Source: Polyangiaceae bacterium (GTDB lineage: Bacteria; Myxococcota_A; Polyangia; Polyangiales; Polyangiaceae). From it: a DNA stretch of 64,000 nt. The position numbers were made by a program, and so were the translations under genes. Location: the NCBI GenBank assembly GCA_033763455.1, contig JANRKO010000023.1, positions 320,001 through 384,000 on the forward strand, read 5' to 3'. Shown in pieces: positions 19,583-29,389 of this stretch. Positions within the stretch are counted from its first letter, which is position 1, and the number at the start of each line of letters is the position of its first letter. The notes under the pieces are model-generated. The model saw only the letters and a program-made list of their open reading frames with translations, was not told the DNA's origin and ran no database searches.

Positions 19583-19779
19583 CGACGTTGCCGCTGGACC
19601 TTGTAGTCATACTTGGGCTCAACGTCGATCTTCCCGAACAGTTCCACAACGCGCTGCTGCTTGCGGCGCTGAATGTACTCATTCAGTGCTTCGGTAACAG
19701 TTGCGCGTTTCGTCTTCTGGCCGCCGATCCTGAGGGCCTCCTCGAGCAGGGCATCGTCAATCGCAAGGTTCGTCGCCAT
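19579..19779 (-). CDS. vapB: VapB antitoxin (RHH-type)
   Basis: MATNLAIDDALLEEA...TKRATVTEALNEYIQRRKQ...YDYK; ATGA overlap with vapC. Confidence 0.9.
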   Translation of the reverse strand: MATNLAIDDALLEEALRIGGQKTKRATVTEALNEYIQRRKQQRVVELFGKIDVEPKYDYKVQRQRR

Positions 19780-19791
19780 GTATGAATTCTT

Positions 19792-19807
19792 ACACAACTC
19801 AGTGTGT
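19792..19807. promoter_or_regulatory. Inverted repeat ACACA-N6-TGTGT; putative vapBC operator
   Basis: Palindrome 12 bp upstream of the vapB ATG. Confidence 0.5.
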
Positions 19808-20104
19808 GACGCTAACTCCCAAGCGCACCCCCGGCCACCCCAAGCACCCGGGAAAGTCCAAATTCGCAGCCATTCTCGCACTTCCGTACAAACTCTCGAA
19901 TGGCCCCAATCTGGAACCCGAAAGCACGATCCTACCCTGGACGCAATCAGCCGCTTTGCCATCCTGGGGGCAGATGATGCGGCTTTCGTTTTCTCCCCGG
20001 GACGCGCGATTTTCACCAGTATACAGCCTGCACGTGGCGCCGGAATGCTCACCGCTGTCGCAGGTTCGCTGCTTTCAACCGCTTGCTTCGGATAGGCTCG
20101 CCTC

Positions 20105-21142
20105 GTGACCTGGGAAGAACGTTGGCATCCGTTGCGCAAAGAGTGGGTGGTGGTAGCGGCTCATCGCCAAGATCGACCCTGGATTGGGGAAGAGGTCGCG
20201 CGCAAAGAAGCGAAGGTGCCTGAATACCTCCCGGACTGTTACCTCTGCCCGGGCAATACTCGCGTGAGCGGCGCCAAGAACCTCCCGTATGAGGGGGTGT
20301 TCGTCTTTGATAATGATCACCCCTGCGTAGGGCCAAAAGCTCCAAGTGTTGCACCAGGCGGCGGCGTGTTCCAGGCGCGTTCGGCGCAAGGTCAAGCGCG
20401 CGTGGTGTGTTACACACCGCGCCACGACTTAACGCTCGCAGAGCTTGAACAGCCGCAAATCTTGGCGCTTCTGAAGACCTGGCAAACCGAATATCGAGCT
20501 CTCGGAGCGCTCCCCGAGATAAAGCACGTATTGTGCTTTGAGAACAAGGGAGATGTGGTGGGCGTCTCCAATCCGCACCCCCACGGGCAGATCTACGCAA
20601 CTAACTTCATCTTTAAGACAACTGAGATCGAGTGTGAAGCGAGCGCCGAACATCTCAAATCAACGGGCCGTTCGTTATTCTCAGATATCATTCGTGCCGA
20701 AAAGGAAGACGGCCGGCGTGTGCTCGATGAGAACGAGAGCGCCATCAGCTTTGTGCCCTATTTTGCCCGCTACGCGTACGAAGTGTACGTAGCGCCTAAG
20801 GCCACGCACCCAAGCATTGCGGAGCTTTCGGCGGCGGAGCTGGAAGATTTCGCGAAAATTCTGAAGCTCGCCTTGGTGCGCCTCGATAACCTATGGCGTA
20901 TGCCTCTCCCCTACGTCATGGTGCTTCACCAAGCACCGACAGACGGGCAGAGCTACCCGGGCTATCACTTTCACATTGAATTTCACCCACCGTTGCGGAA
21001 GCCCAACTTGCTCAAATACCTCGCGGGGCCGGAGATTGGCGCCGGCAATTTTGTGAGTGATACTTCGCCGGAGCAAAAAGCGGAGGAGTTACGAAGCCTC
21101 CCCACGCAACACTACAAGCTTCAAGCCGGCGGACTAAAATAG
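20105..21142 (+). CDS. galT: Sugar-1-phosphate uridylyltransferase (GalT family)
   Basis: [23 protein letters not shown] active-site motif. Confidence 0.9.
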   Translation: MTWEERWHPLRKEWVVVAAHRQDRPWIGEEVARKEAKVPEYLPDCYLCPGNTRVSGAKNLPYEGVFVFDNDHPCVGPKAPSVAPGGGVFQARSAQGQARVVCYTPRHDLTLAELEQPQILALLKTWQTEYRALGALPEIKHVLCFENKGDVVGVSNPHPHGQIYATNFIFKTTEIECEASAEHLKSTGRSLFSDIIRAEKEDGRRVLDENESAISFVPYFARYAYEVYVAPKATHPSIAELSAAELEDFAKILKLALVRLDNLWRMPLPYVMVLHQAPTDGQSYPGYHFHIEFHPPLRKPNLLKYLAGPEIGAGNFVSDTSPEQKAEELRSLPTQHYKLQAGGLK

Positions 21143-22158
21143 TGCACATTTCTGAATTTCTACCAGTACTTAGCGAATTACACGCGGCGATCCGCTCTGC
21201 CGTCGTGAAGGCGTGCGAATCCCAAAGCATCGAAGCCGTTTCGGCCATTGCGGATGATTCCGACGTCGCCGATACGATCTTCGCCATCGATAAGGTGAGC
21301 GAAGAGCTTCTTCACGCCATGTTGGAGCCGCACGCGAAGCGGCTGGGAGGCATCCTGCTCATCGCTGAGGGGTTGCCAGAGGCAGGCCTCCGGCTCCCAC
21401 ACGATCAACCGGAAGAAAGCTTGAAGTGGCGGGTCATCGTCGATCCGATCGATGGCACCCGCGGGCTCATGTATCAGAAGCGCAGTGCTTGGGTGCTTAC
21501 AGGCGTCGCCCCCAACCGCGGCAAGGCCACCACACTGCTCGATATTGAGCTGGCGGTGCAAACAGAAATCCCGCTCGTTAAGCAGCACTTGTGCGATGTC
21601 TTTTCTGCCATCCGAGGTCAAGGTGTTACGGCCACTCGCTTGAATCGACTGACGGGTGTTTCGGTACCGCTTTTTGTGCGTCCCTCCAAAGCGCACACGA
21701 TCGAACAGGGCTACAGCGCGCTCACGCGCCTTTTTCCGGGTGCACGCGATGTTCTGGCCGCCATCGATGAGGACTTGGTGGCTCGCGTCTTAGGCCCGGC
21801 GAAAGCTAGCCGAGCTCAGTGCTTCGAAGATCAATATGCGAGCACCGCAGGGCAGTTACACGAGCTCTTGGTTGGCCATGATCGTTTTTTGGCTGATCTA
21901 CGGCCCCTTATGGATTCTGTCCTGGCGAGCCGCGGTCTGCCGAGTGCTATGTATTGCCACCCGTATGATATTTGCACTTCGCTCATCGCGGAGGAAGGCG
22001 ACGTTGTGGTGCGCGCGGCGGATGGTTCACAGCTGGATGTGCCTTTAGATGTGACAACTCCCGTAGCGTGGGCTGGCTATGCTAACGCTACTATCCAAGC
22101 TCAAGTCGAACCGGCTCTTCTGCAGATCTTGCGGGAGCGCCAACTCATAGGAGTGTGA
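21142..22158 (+). CDS. Inositol monophosphatase-family (FIG superfamily) phosphatase
   Basis: AEG, VDPIDGT, HPYD; overlaps the galT stop (TAGTG). Confidence 0.8.
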   Translation: MHISEFLPVLSELHAAIRSAVVKACESQSIEAVSAIADDSDVADTIFAIDKVSEELLHAMLEPHAKRLGGILLIAEGLPEAGLRLPHDQPEESLKWRVIVDPIDGTRGLMYQKRSAWVLTGVAPNRGKATTLLDIELAVQTEIPLVKQHLCDVFSAIRGQGVTATRLNRLTGVSVPLFVRPSKAHTIEQGYSALTRLFPGARDVLAAIDEDLVARVLGPAKASRAQCFEDQYASTAGQLHELLVGHDRFLADLRPLMDSVLASRGLPSAMYCHPYDICTSLIAEEGDVVVRAADGSQLDVPLDVTTPVAWAGYANATIQAQVEPALLQILRERQLIGV

Positions 22159-22164
22159 ATAGCT

Positions 22165-23607
22165 GTGCTCAGTTTTCCTGACGTAGATGCCTGGCCTGGA
22201 GCCCGCGAGTTTCTGGCCGCGCTACACGGGCTCCGCAAACATGAGCAGCTCTGCACCCGATCGCTATTTTTGGATGCGTCCCCCATCACGATTGCGCGAG
22301 CCCCTGGCCGCCTCGATCTTATGGGTGGCATCGCAGATTATTCTGGCTCTTTGGTATTGGAAATGCCCATTCGCGAGGCAGCGTTTGTCGCCGCGAGCCT
22401 TAACGCCACGGGCACGGTGAAAGTCACCACTCAAGATGCAGCAACGGGAGAGCGACGGGACTTCGATTTTCCTATCCAAGATCTCATGAGTGGAGCCTTC
22501 TCCAGCTATGAGCGCGCCCACGGATATTTTGCCGCAGACCGAGCGCATTCATGGGCGGGTTATGTGGTGGGGGTTTTGGTGGCGCTTTTTCAAGATACAG
22601 GCCTTAAGGTTCCCGAAGGCCTCTCAGTCTTCGTGTTTTCCCAAGTTCCGGAGGGCAAAGGCGTGAGCTCCTCTGCCGCCCTGGAAGTAGCCACGCTCAA
22701 TGCCGTTCTAGGCGCTCTGCAGCAAACGCTCCCCAAAGATCGCATTGCGCTGCTCTGTCAAAAAGCAGAGAACCTGGTAGTGGGTGCACCGTGCGGTGTG
22801 ATGGATCAGATGACATCCGCGTTGGGTGAAGAGGGGCAATTGTTGGAGCTGCTCTGCCAGCCCGCCGAAGTGCTCGGAAGCGTGAAGCTGCCCGAAGATC
22901 TGCAAGTGTGGGGTATCGATTCCGGCGTGCGTCATGCCGTTTCTGGGGCGGATTACACGGACGTGCGAGTGGCCGCCTTTATGGGCCAACGGATCCTTTC
23001 GGTGCACGCACAACGCGCTTCTGAAGCTGCGGGGGCTCGGCAGTTTACGGGGCACCCCTACCTGGCGAACCTAACGCCCAGCGAGCTGGTAGCCACTCAC
23101 ACGCGGCATTTGCCCACCACCCTTCGCGGTGCTGACTTCCTGCGTGAATTTGGCCACACGAACGACACCGTGACGCGTGTGGATCCCGAGGTGTCATATC
23201 CGGTAGCTGCAGCCACGGCTCATCCCATTTTCGAACACTTCCGCGTTCGGTGCTTCCGCTCATTGCTCAAGACGGGCACTTTGGACGCGAATGGGGCAGC
23301 TACGCTCGGCGAACTCATGTACCAGTCACACGCCAGCTACGGTGCTTGTGGCCTAGGTTGCCAGCCGACAGATTTATTGGTGGAGCTGGTACGGCGCGAA
23401 GGAATAGATGCGGGTTTGTTGGGTGGAAAGATCACAGGCGGTGGCAGCGGCGGCACGGTGGCTGTGCTCGGGCGCCGTGGCAGTGATGCAGCCATTCAGC
23501 GCATCTTAGAGGCTTATCAAGAGCAAACCGGGATTGCGAGTTATCTGTTCCAGGGCTCTTCGCCGGGCGCGGCAGCGTTTGGTACACGAGTACTGAGCGG
23601 GCACTAG
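22165..23607 (+). CDS. GHMP sugar-1-kinase, galactokinase/L-arabinokinase-like
   Basis: RAPGRLDLMGGIADYSGS, VPEGKGVSSSAA, GAPCGVMDQM, KITGGGSGGTV. Confidence 0.88.
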   Translation: MLSFPDVDAWPGAREFLAALHGLRKHEQLCTRSLFLDASPITIARAPGRLDLMGGIADYSGSLVLEMPIREAAFVAASLNATGTVKVTTQDAATGERRDFDFPIQDLMSGAFSSYERAHGYFAADRAHSWAGYVVGVLVALFQDTGLKVPEGLSVFVFSQVPEGKGVSSSAALEVATLNAVLGALQQTLPKDRIALLCQKAENLVVGAPCGVMDQMTSALGEEGQLLELLCQPAEVLGSVKLPEDLQVWGIDSGVRHAVSGADYTDVRVAAFMGQRILSVHAQRASEAAGARQFTGHPYLANLTPSELVATHTRHLPTTLRGADFLREFGHTNDTVTRVDPEVSYPVAAATAHPIFEHFRVRCFRSLLKTGTLDANGAATLGELMYQSHASYGACGLGCQPTDLLVELVRREGIDAGLLGGKITGGGSGGTVAVLGRRGSDAAIQRILEAYQEQTGIASYLFQGSSPGAAAFGTRVLSGH

Positions 23608-23698
23608 CAGGCTCAGATGGATGCGTTTTTGTTCAGGTGGCGTTTGGGGCCACGAGAAGGCCGCTGCGACCCGTGAGTGCTCGAACAGCAATGCTTGT

Positions 23699-24796
23699 TC
23701 AATCCAGCTCACCAGGCGGTAGCCCAGTTGGAACGGCACTCGGCCTTTCCACACGTGTTTTGAGCTCAACCACGCGCTTCTCAGCTCCAGAGACGTGCGC
23801 GCTCTCCATGATGTCCAATAGGTGGTAAGCAAGCTCCCCACTCGCACGGTGCGCGCGGCCGGATTTTAAAGCCTGCACTAGATCCGCGGCGCCTGCTCCA
23901 CGCATTCCTTCCGCGTGTGTCAACGGTACTTCCTCCCAGTCGGAAGAACCCCGCTTGGCGATCCGAACTGGGCCACCAAAGGTGTTGGGGTCTGGTACAG
24001 ATAGCGCACCCTCCGTGCCGTAGATCTCGATGCGAGGCAGCGAATGTCGCACCACATCGAAGCTCATCATCATGCTCGCCGCAGCGCCGTTTTCGAACTC
24101 AAGGTTGGCAGCTACGTGGGTTGGAACTTCTACCTTCACACGAGTGCCATAAAGTGGCTTGCTCGTGATGGTGCGCTCCGCGAACGCTTGGTTCGTAACG
24201 GCACTCACGCGCCTAACGGGGCCCAGGAGGTTCACGAGAGCTCCCAGATAATACGGGCCCATATCTAAGAGGGGGCCACCGCCCGCCTGGTAGTAGAACG
24301 CCGGGCTTGGGTGCCAGGATTCATGGCCAGCGCAGCCAAAAAAAGCCACTGCCGAAGTTGGCTGGCCGATGGCGCCGTCGTCGATCAGCTTGCGGCAAGT
24401 CTGGATGCCCCCGCCCAAGAATGTGTCCGCGGCGCAAGCCACGCGTAACTTCTTAGCGCGCGCCAACTCCAGCACCGGGGCAGCCTCGCTCAACCTCAAG
24501 GCTAGTGGCTTTTCGCTGTACACGTGCTTGTTCGCCTCCAGAATAGCCATATCCACCGGGGCATGGGCCGCGGGAATCGTCAGGTTGATGATCAATCCAA
24601 TCTCAGGATCCTTCAGCAAGTCCGCGATGCTGACGGCGCGGATGCCATGTTCTTGGGCCTTCTGCTTGGCCCGCTCTTCGTCAAGATCCGCACAGGCAAC
24701 GATAGAAAGAGCGCTGTAGTGCTTTCCGCCCTTGAAGTACGCGTTCGAGATGTTGCCGCAACCGATCACGCCTACGGCCATTTTCGTGTTTGTCAT
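23699..24796 (-). CDS. Gfo/Idh/MocA family oxidoreductase
   Basis: GCGNIS, HVYSEKP, DMGPYY, YGTEG. Confidence 0.92.
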   Translation of the reverse strand: MTNTKMAVGVIGCGNISNAYFKGGKHYSALSIVACADLDEERAKQKAQEHGIRAVSIADLLKDPEIGLIINLTIPAAHAPVDMAILEANKHVYSEKPLALRLSEAAPVLELARAKKLRVACAADTFLGGGIQTCRKLIDDGAIGQPTSAVAFFGCAGHESWHPSPAFYYQAGGGPLLDMGPYYLGALVNLLGPVRRVSAVTNQAFAERTITSKPLYGTRVKVEVPTHVAANLEFENGAAASMMMSFDVVRHSLPRIEIYGTEGALSVPDPNTFGGPVRIAKRGSSDWEEVPLTHAEGMRGAGAADLVQALKSGRAHRASGELAYHLLDIMESAHVSGAEKRVVELKTRVERPSAVPTGLPPGELD

Positions 24797-24831
24797 AGCT
24801 TTTCCTTCAACGCACCAGCTCTGAGGAGAGC

Positions 24832-25491
24832 TCAAGCAAGTGCTCCTGCCGCCCATAGCAGCCCGCGACGCGTGAGCTCGAGTGCCTCAGGCACATCAAA
24901 GTCCGCACGCACATGGCCCAAAGCGGAGTAGAAAACCCGACCTTTGCCGAAGCGCTTCTTCCACACCACTGGCATCGTTACATTCTTGATCCAATCCGCA
25001 TCGCCATGCTCACCACTAAAAACGGTGGTAGCGAGCACTTCGTTGGCTGGGTCAACGTGCATATAATATTGCTCGCTGTGCATCTGAAAATCAGAGATGC
25101 CGCGGGTAATTGGGTCATCCTCACCGATGATTTGCACGCTATAATCAACGATGTTGCCAGGATGCGCGACCCACTGCCCCCCCGTCATGAACTGGTAGTC
25201 CACGTTGTTGCGGAACGCATCGCACATGCCCCCGTGCCAGCCCGCAATCCCCACTCCACCGCGCACGGCGTTTAAGAGGCCGCGTTCGCTCTCCCCCGGA
25301 AGAGTTCCCATGGTCCAAACCGGGACAACTAAGCTCAAGCTTTTCATCAGAGCTTCGTCCTGGAACACCTCAAGGTTGCTCTCGATACGCACCTCAAACC
25401 CTGAGTTGCCCAAAATCTCCCCAAACAAGCGAGCGCAAATCTCCGGCTCATGCCCATTCCATCCGCCGTACACGAACAGTGCTTTTTTCAT
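24832..25491 (-). CDS. ThuA domain protein
   Basis: [34 protein letters not shown]. Confidence 0.88.
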   Translation of the reverse strand: MKKALFVYGGWNGHEPEICARLFGEILGNSGFEVRIESNLEVFQDEALMKSLSLVVPVWTMGTLPGESERGLLNAVRGGVGIAGWHGGMCDAFRNNVDYQFMTGGQWVAHPGNIVDYSVQIIGEDDPITRGISDFQMHSEQYYMHVDPANEVLATTVFSGEHGDADWIKNVTMPVVWKKRFGKGRVFYSALGHVRADFDVPEALELTRRGLLWAAGALA

Positions 25492-25566
25492 AATTGCTCC
25501 GCCTTGCGCGTTTTGACCACCATATATGCTGCATTATCGCCAATCTAGAGGATATATTTCCCACAC

Positions 25567-26397
25567 ATGGATCTTTTTACCATCCCCTTCCGGCACCACC
25601 CACGCCGCCTGCCAGCGCGTTTGCCCCTCGCCCAGCTAGGCTACCTGCCGAAAAAGTTCGACCAGGTTAACCGCGGCTTTGATACTGTTAATTACTCGTT
25701 CATACTGCGTGGCACGGGGCACTATGAGTTGTACGGCGTGCGCCACCTAGTGCAGGCACCCTGTGTGTTCATCGAATTCCCTGGCCTGGAGTTCAACTAT
25801 GGCCCACTCGCCAATACATCTTGGGAAGAGTTGTACCTGATGTACGACGGTGCGCAGCAGCCGGTCCTCGAACAAGCGGGCCTCTTCGACGCAAGCGAGC
25901 CCATCTGGAGCTTGGGGGAGACGCGTCGGCTCGCGGCGCTTTCGCTCGAATTGCGCACACTTTGCACCGCAAGCCTCACCCACAATATGGATCGAATCGA
26001 TCGCGTGGCCGAAGCACTCTTAGTGGAGGCTCACCTTGCTGAGGGCCACGCCGAATCGTCCGCGCCCGCTGCGCGCGTGCGGGAGGTCCTCCAGCTGATC
26101 GAACAGCGCTACCTGGAAGATCACGATTTTCTGGAGCTGGCACGCAGTCACCAGCTCTCACCAACGCATTTTCGTCGCCTTTGGAACCACCTGGTTGGAG
26201 TGCCTCCCGCCCGCTACGTGAGCGAGCTTCGTCTGAAGCAGGCATGCCGGATGCTTGTGGAATCGACGGCCCCCGTCGCCAAGATCGCCAGAGAGATGCG
26301 CTTTCCGGATGCGTTGTATTTCTCCCGCAAGTTTCGGAACTTCACGGGCCAAAATCCAACCAGCTACCGGCGGCGCTATTCGGGAGGCGGAGGCTAA
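25567..26397 (+). CDS. AraC family transcriptional regulator
   Basis: N-terminal cupin-like sensor; LSPTHFRRL...LRLKQA...YFSRKFRNFTGQNPTSYR. Confidence 0.93.
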   Translation: MDLFTIPFRHHPRRLPARLPLAQLGYLPKKFDQVNRGFDTVNYSFILRGTGHYELYGVRHLVQAPCVFIEFPGLEFNYGPLANTSWEELYLMYDGAQQPVLEQAGLFDASEPIWSLGETRRLAALSLELRTLCTASLTHNMDRIDRVAEALLVEAHLAEGHAESSAPAARVREVLQLIEQRYLEDHDFLELARSHQLSPTHFRRLWNHLVGVPPARYVSELRLKQACRMLVESTAPVAKIAREMRFPDALYFSRKFRNFTGQNPTSYRRRYSGGGG

Positions 26398-26588
26398 GCT
26401 CGGGGCCTCGTGGCTAGGTCCCAATCAATCCGCTCAAACCCCAAGCTTCGAGCGTTTCCCGCATGCCCCCAGTACATTGCAAGAATCCACTGTTGGGGCA
26501 AAAAACCAGGCTGGGTGCGAAAAGTTTGGAGCAAATGGGTCGGGCTAAAGCGCCAGATGCGCTATGCTTCGCGAGGCACGAGCACCTT

Positions 26589-27947
26589 ATGAAACACCTT
26601 CCCAGGCGAACGCTCCTTCGAGGCATGGGCCTTTCCGGCATCTGCATTGGGCTTCCTATTCTGGATGCCATGCTGGATGACAACGGGAACTTGATTGGAA
26701 AGGCGCGAGCGGCCACCCCTCAGCCGCTCAACTTCCTCACCTTCTTCATTCCGAATGGCGTCCACGCTCCCGATTTCTGGCCAGCCAGCGAGGGTGATGG
26801 GTACGCCATGAGCAGGTCTCTGGAGCCCTTAGCTCACTTGAAGAGTGAATTTCTGTTGCTCCAACATCTGAACAAGGCCGAAGCGTTTCGTAACGAGCAG
26901 ATCGACAACGACGCTCACCAGCGTGGGCACGCATCGTTCGCAACCGGGGGCGGGCTCGCCGGTGCATCCACTGTAGAATTTGCTTCGGCAGATCAAGTGG
27001 CGGCCCAAGCGCTGGGTGGGGACACGAAGTTTCGTTCACTCCCTGTGGCGCTCACGGGTGTGCGTTCACCCGCGAACCAAGCAGATCATATTTCGTGGAG
27101 CGACGGTAAAACCTTCGTACCTGCGGACAATGACCCATTGGTGCTCTTTAACCGCGTATTCGGCGCCAGCGGCGCAGCCGATACGAGCCGTCCGCTCGCC
27201 AAATACAAGAAGAGTATCTTCGACTACGTGGCGTCGGATGTGCAGGATCTTCGCAACCGAGTAGGTGCCTACGACCAAGCCAAGCTGGATCAATACATGA
27301 CGGCGGTGCGAGGGGTGGAACAACAGCTGGAGCCAACGCGTCTAGCTGTTAACTGCATGGCACCAGAGGGAATCAATCCTCAGCTTGGTGGCCCCACCCC
27401 CTCTTTCGACAACGGGAAAGGAGGCTATTCCAACGAGCGTGCACAGCTGCTCATTTGGCTCCAGGTAACCGCGGTAGCTTGTGGCCTTACGCGCTTTGGT
27501 AGCTTCATGCTCGCAGGAAGAGGCAGCAAGCGCCAATTCAATTGGTTGGGCATCCCCAACGCGGACGACGGCCACCACGGCATTTCTCACGATACCTCTC
27601 CAGAAGGGCTCGAATATCAAACCCGCATTGTGGTCGACGAAATGAAGCAGTTTGCCTACATGCTGGATCTCATGCAGGGCATCCAGCAGGGGGATCGCTC
27701 GCTGCTTTACAACTCGATCGTGTTCTTCGCCAACGAATGCAACGAAGGGGCGGCTCACGATTACAGCAGCACGCCTACCATTTTGGCAGGCCGCGCTGGC
27801 GGGCAGCTCAAGACTGGCTCTCACATCATTTACGAAAACGCGACACCGTACAGCCGCGTCTTCGTGAGCATTCTGCAGATGCTTGGCATGAATGTCACTA
27901 AGTTCGGCGTAAACGGCGATCAGCCACTGGTTCGGTTGCTAGCCTGA
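26589..27947 (+). CDS. DUF1552 domain protein
   Basis: RRTLLRGMG...GLPILDAM, FFIPNG, SADQVAA, HHGISH, ILAGRAGG. Confidence 0.85.
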   Translation: MKHLPRRTLLRGMGLSGICIGLPILDAMLDDNGNLIGKARAATPQPLNFLTFFIPNGVHAPDFWPASEGDGYAMSRSLEPLAHLKSEFLLLQHLNKAEAFRNEQIDNDAHQRGHASFATGGGLAGASTVEFASADQVAAQALGGDTKFRSLPVALTGVRSPANQADHISWSDGKTFVPADNDPLVLFNRVFGASGAADTSRPLAKYKKSIFDYVASDVQDLRNRVGAYDQAKLDQYMTAVRGVEQQLEPTRLAVNCMAPEGINPQLGGPTPSFDNGKGGYSNERAQLLIWLQVTAVACGLTRFGSFMLAGRGSKRQFNWLGIPNADDGHHGISHDTSPEGLEYQTRIVVDEMKQFAYMLDLMQGIQQGDRSLLYNSIVFFANECNEGAAHDYSSTPTILAGRAGGQLKTGSHIIYENATPYSRVFVSILQMLGMNVTKFGVNGDQPLVRLLA

Positions 27948-27999
27948 TTGTGAGGTCGCGTGGGCGGGCTGTTTCGGCCTGCCCCGAGCGCTAAGATCC

Positions 28000-29316
28000 A
28001 TGGGCAACCGAGCCAAACGTGCGCGGCGCTGCGAAAAGTGCCGGCTCCATCTTTCGGCGTGTCTGTGCGCTGAAATACCTAACTTCGATCTAAACACCAA
28101 GCTGGTGCTCGTGATGCACCAACGCGAAGTGCACAAGACGACCGCTACGGCACCCTGGGCACTGCTGGCGCTCAAGCAGAGCGAACTGCACGTGCACGGG
28201 GAACGCGAAAGCACGCTCAACCTCAGTTCCTTACAGACCCCGGAACGCCGGATCCTACTGCTTTTCCCCTCCGAACAGGCCCGCCCGCTCACACCACAAG
28301 TGCTTTCGGAGGATGCGCGACCGGTCACACTAATAGTGCCTGATGGCACCTGGCGTCAGGCCAAGCGAGCTGCAAAGCGCATCCGAAACCTGATCCAGGC
28401 TGAGCCCGTATGCCTTAGCGGGGGCCCAGCGAGCGAATATAAGCTCCGGCGCGAACCACAGGTTGAAGGCCTCGCGACCTTCGAAGCGATTGCGCGCGCC
28501 ATGGGTATCATCGAGGGCCGAGGAGTGCAAGTGGCGCTTGAAGCTGCGTTTGCGCGCTTAGTCCACGCAACGCTCGCATCACGCGGGGTTGTGGCTCCCC
28601 TCGCAAAAAACAACGCCTCCACGATCGCAGCAGACGTTACGGCGCCGCCTCAGGTTTCACTTGAGATCTTGTATCAAGACGATGATCTGATTGCCATCAA
28701 CAAGCCTTCCGGGATGCCCGTGCACCGAGGCTGGGCCAAAGACGGCCTGCCCGCACTTCAAGCCTTAAGAAACCAGATCGGCCGCCACGTTTACCCCGTG
28801 CACCGCTTAGACCGCGCAACCAGCGGAGTGCTGTTGTTTGCCTTGAGTAGCGAAGCGGCGCGGGATATTCAGCGAATTTTTGACGAACGCAGGGCAAAAA
28901 AGACGTACCTAGCGCTCTGCCGTGGCCATTCTGCATCGCTCACGCACGTGGACCATCCACTTGCGAAGGTCAAAGGCGGCACCGCTCGCCCCGCCGTCAC
29001 AGATTTCAGGCTACTTGGGCAGTTCGAACGTTATGGCCTGTATGCAGCTCAGCCGCATACAGGGCGGTTGCACCAGATCCGGCGGCACCTAAAGCACAAA
29101 AGCCACCCGATTATCGGGGACGTGCGCTACGGCAAAGGGGAGCACAACCGCATCTTTCGCGAACGGTTTGGATTTCACCGGCTCGCACTCCACGCAGCAC
29201 TTCTTGAGCTGGAACACCCTCGCACCCAAGAGGCTCTGGTGCTGAGGGCGCCCTTACCCGAAGATCTCAAACTGCTCTTTGCACAGCTAAATCTACCCAT
29301 GGAGGCTGGGATTTAA
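28000..29316 (+). CDS. Fusion protein: DTW-domain tRNA acp3U transferase (TapT-like) + TruC/RluA-family pseudouridine synthase
   Basis: N-half RCEKC..CLC, MHQRE, DGTW, LATFEA; C-half ILYQD..INKPSG, HRLD, TGRLHQIRRH, HPIIGD, RLALHA; single open frame. Confidence 0.88.
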   Translation: MGNRAKRARRCEKCRLHLSACLCAEIPNFDLNTKLVLVMHQREVHKTTATAPWALLALKQSELHVHGERESTLNLSSLQTPERRILLLFPSEQARPLTPQVLSEDARPVTLIVPDGTWRQAKRAAKRIRNLIQAEPVCLSGGPASEYKLRREPQVEGLATFEAIARAMGIIEGRGVQVALEAAFARLVHATLASRGVVAPLAKNNASTIAADVTAPPQVSLEILYQDDDLIAINKPSGMPVHRGWAKDGLPALQALRNQIGRHVYPVHRLDRATSGVLLFALSSEAARDIQRIFDERRAKKTYLALCRGHSASLTHVDHPLAKVKGGTARPAVTDFRLLGQFERYGLYAAQPHTGRLHQIRRHLKHKSHPIIGDVRYGKGEHNRIFRERFGFHRLALHAALLELEHPRTQEALVLRAPLPEDLKLLFAQLNLPMEAGI

Positions 29317-29389
29317 ACGCCGAAGTGGTCTCATTCGACGTGTGGTTCGGTGCGCGTTTCCAGCATTCACCGAGCGACGACCACCCGCG

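Larger units (their letters stand above)
13807..19810. mobile_element. Putative degenerate genomic islet downstream of tRNA-Arg
   Basis: Three TA/defence-like pairs plus an FGE lipoprotein immediately 3' of a tRNA; no integrase or attR duplicate seen; boundaries approximate. Confidence 0.5.

Noticed and set aside
13807..20100. Intact prophage or ICE with attL/attR
   Set aside because: No integrase, phage or conjugation genes; no duplicate of the tRNA 3' end found by eye. The HTH_17 gene fits a PIN-paired antitoxin better than a true excisionase.
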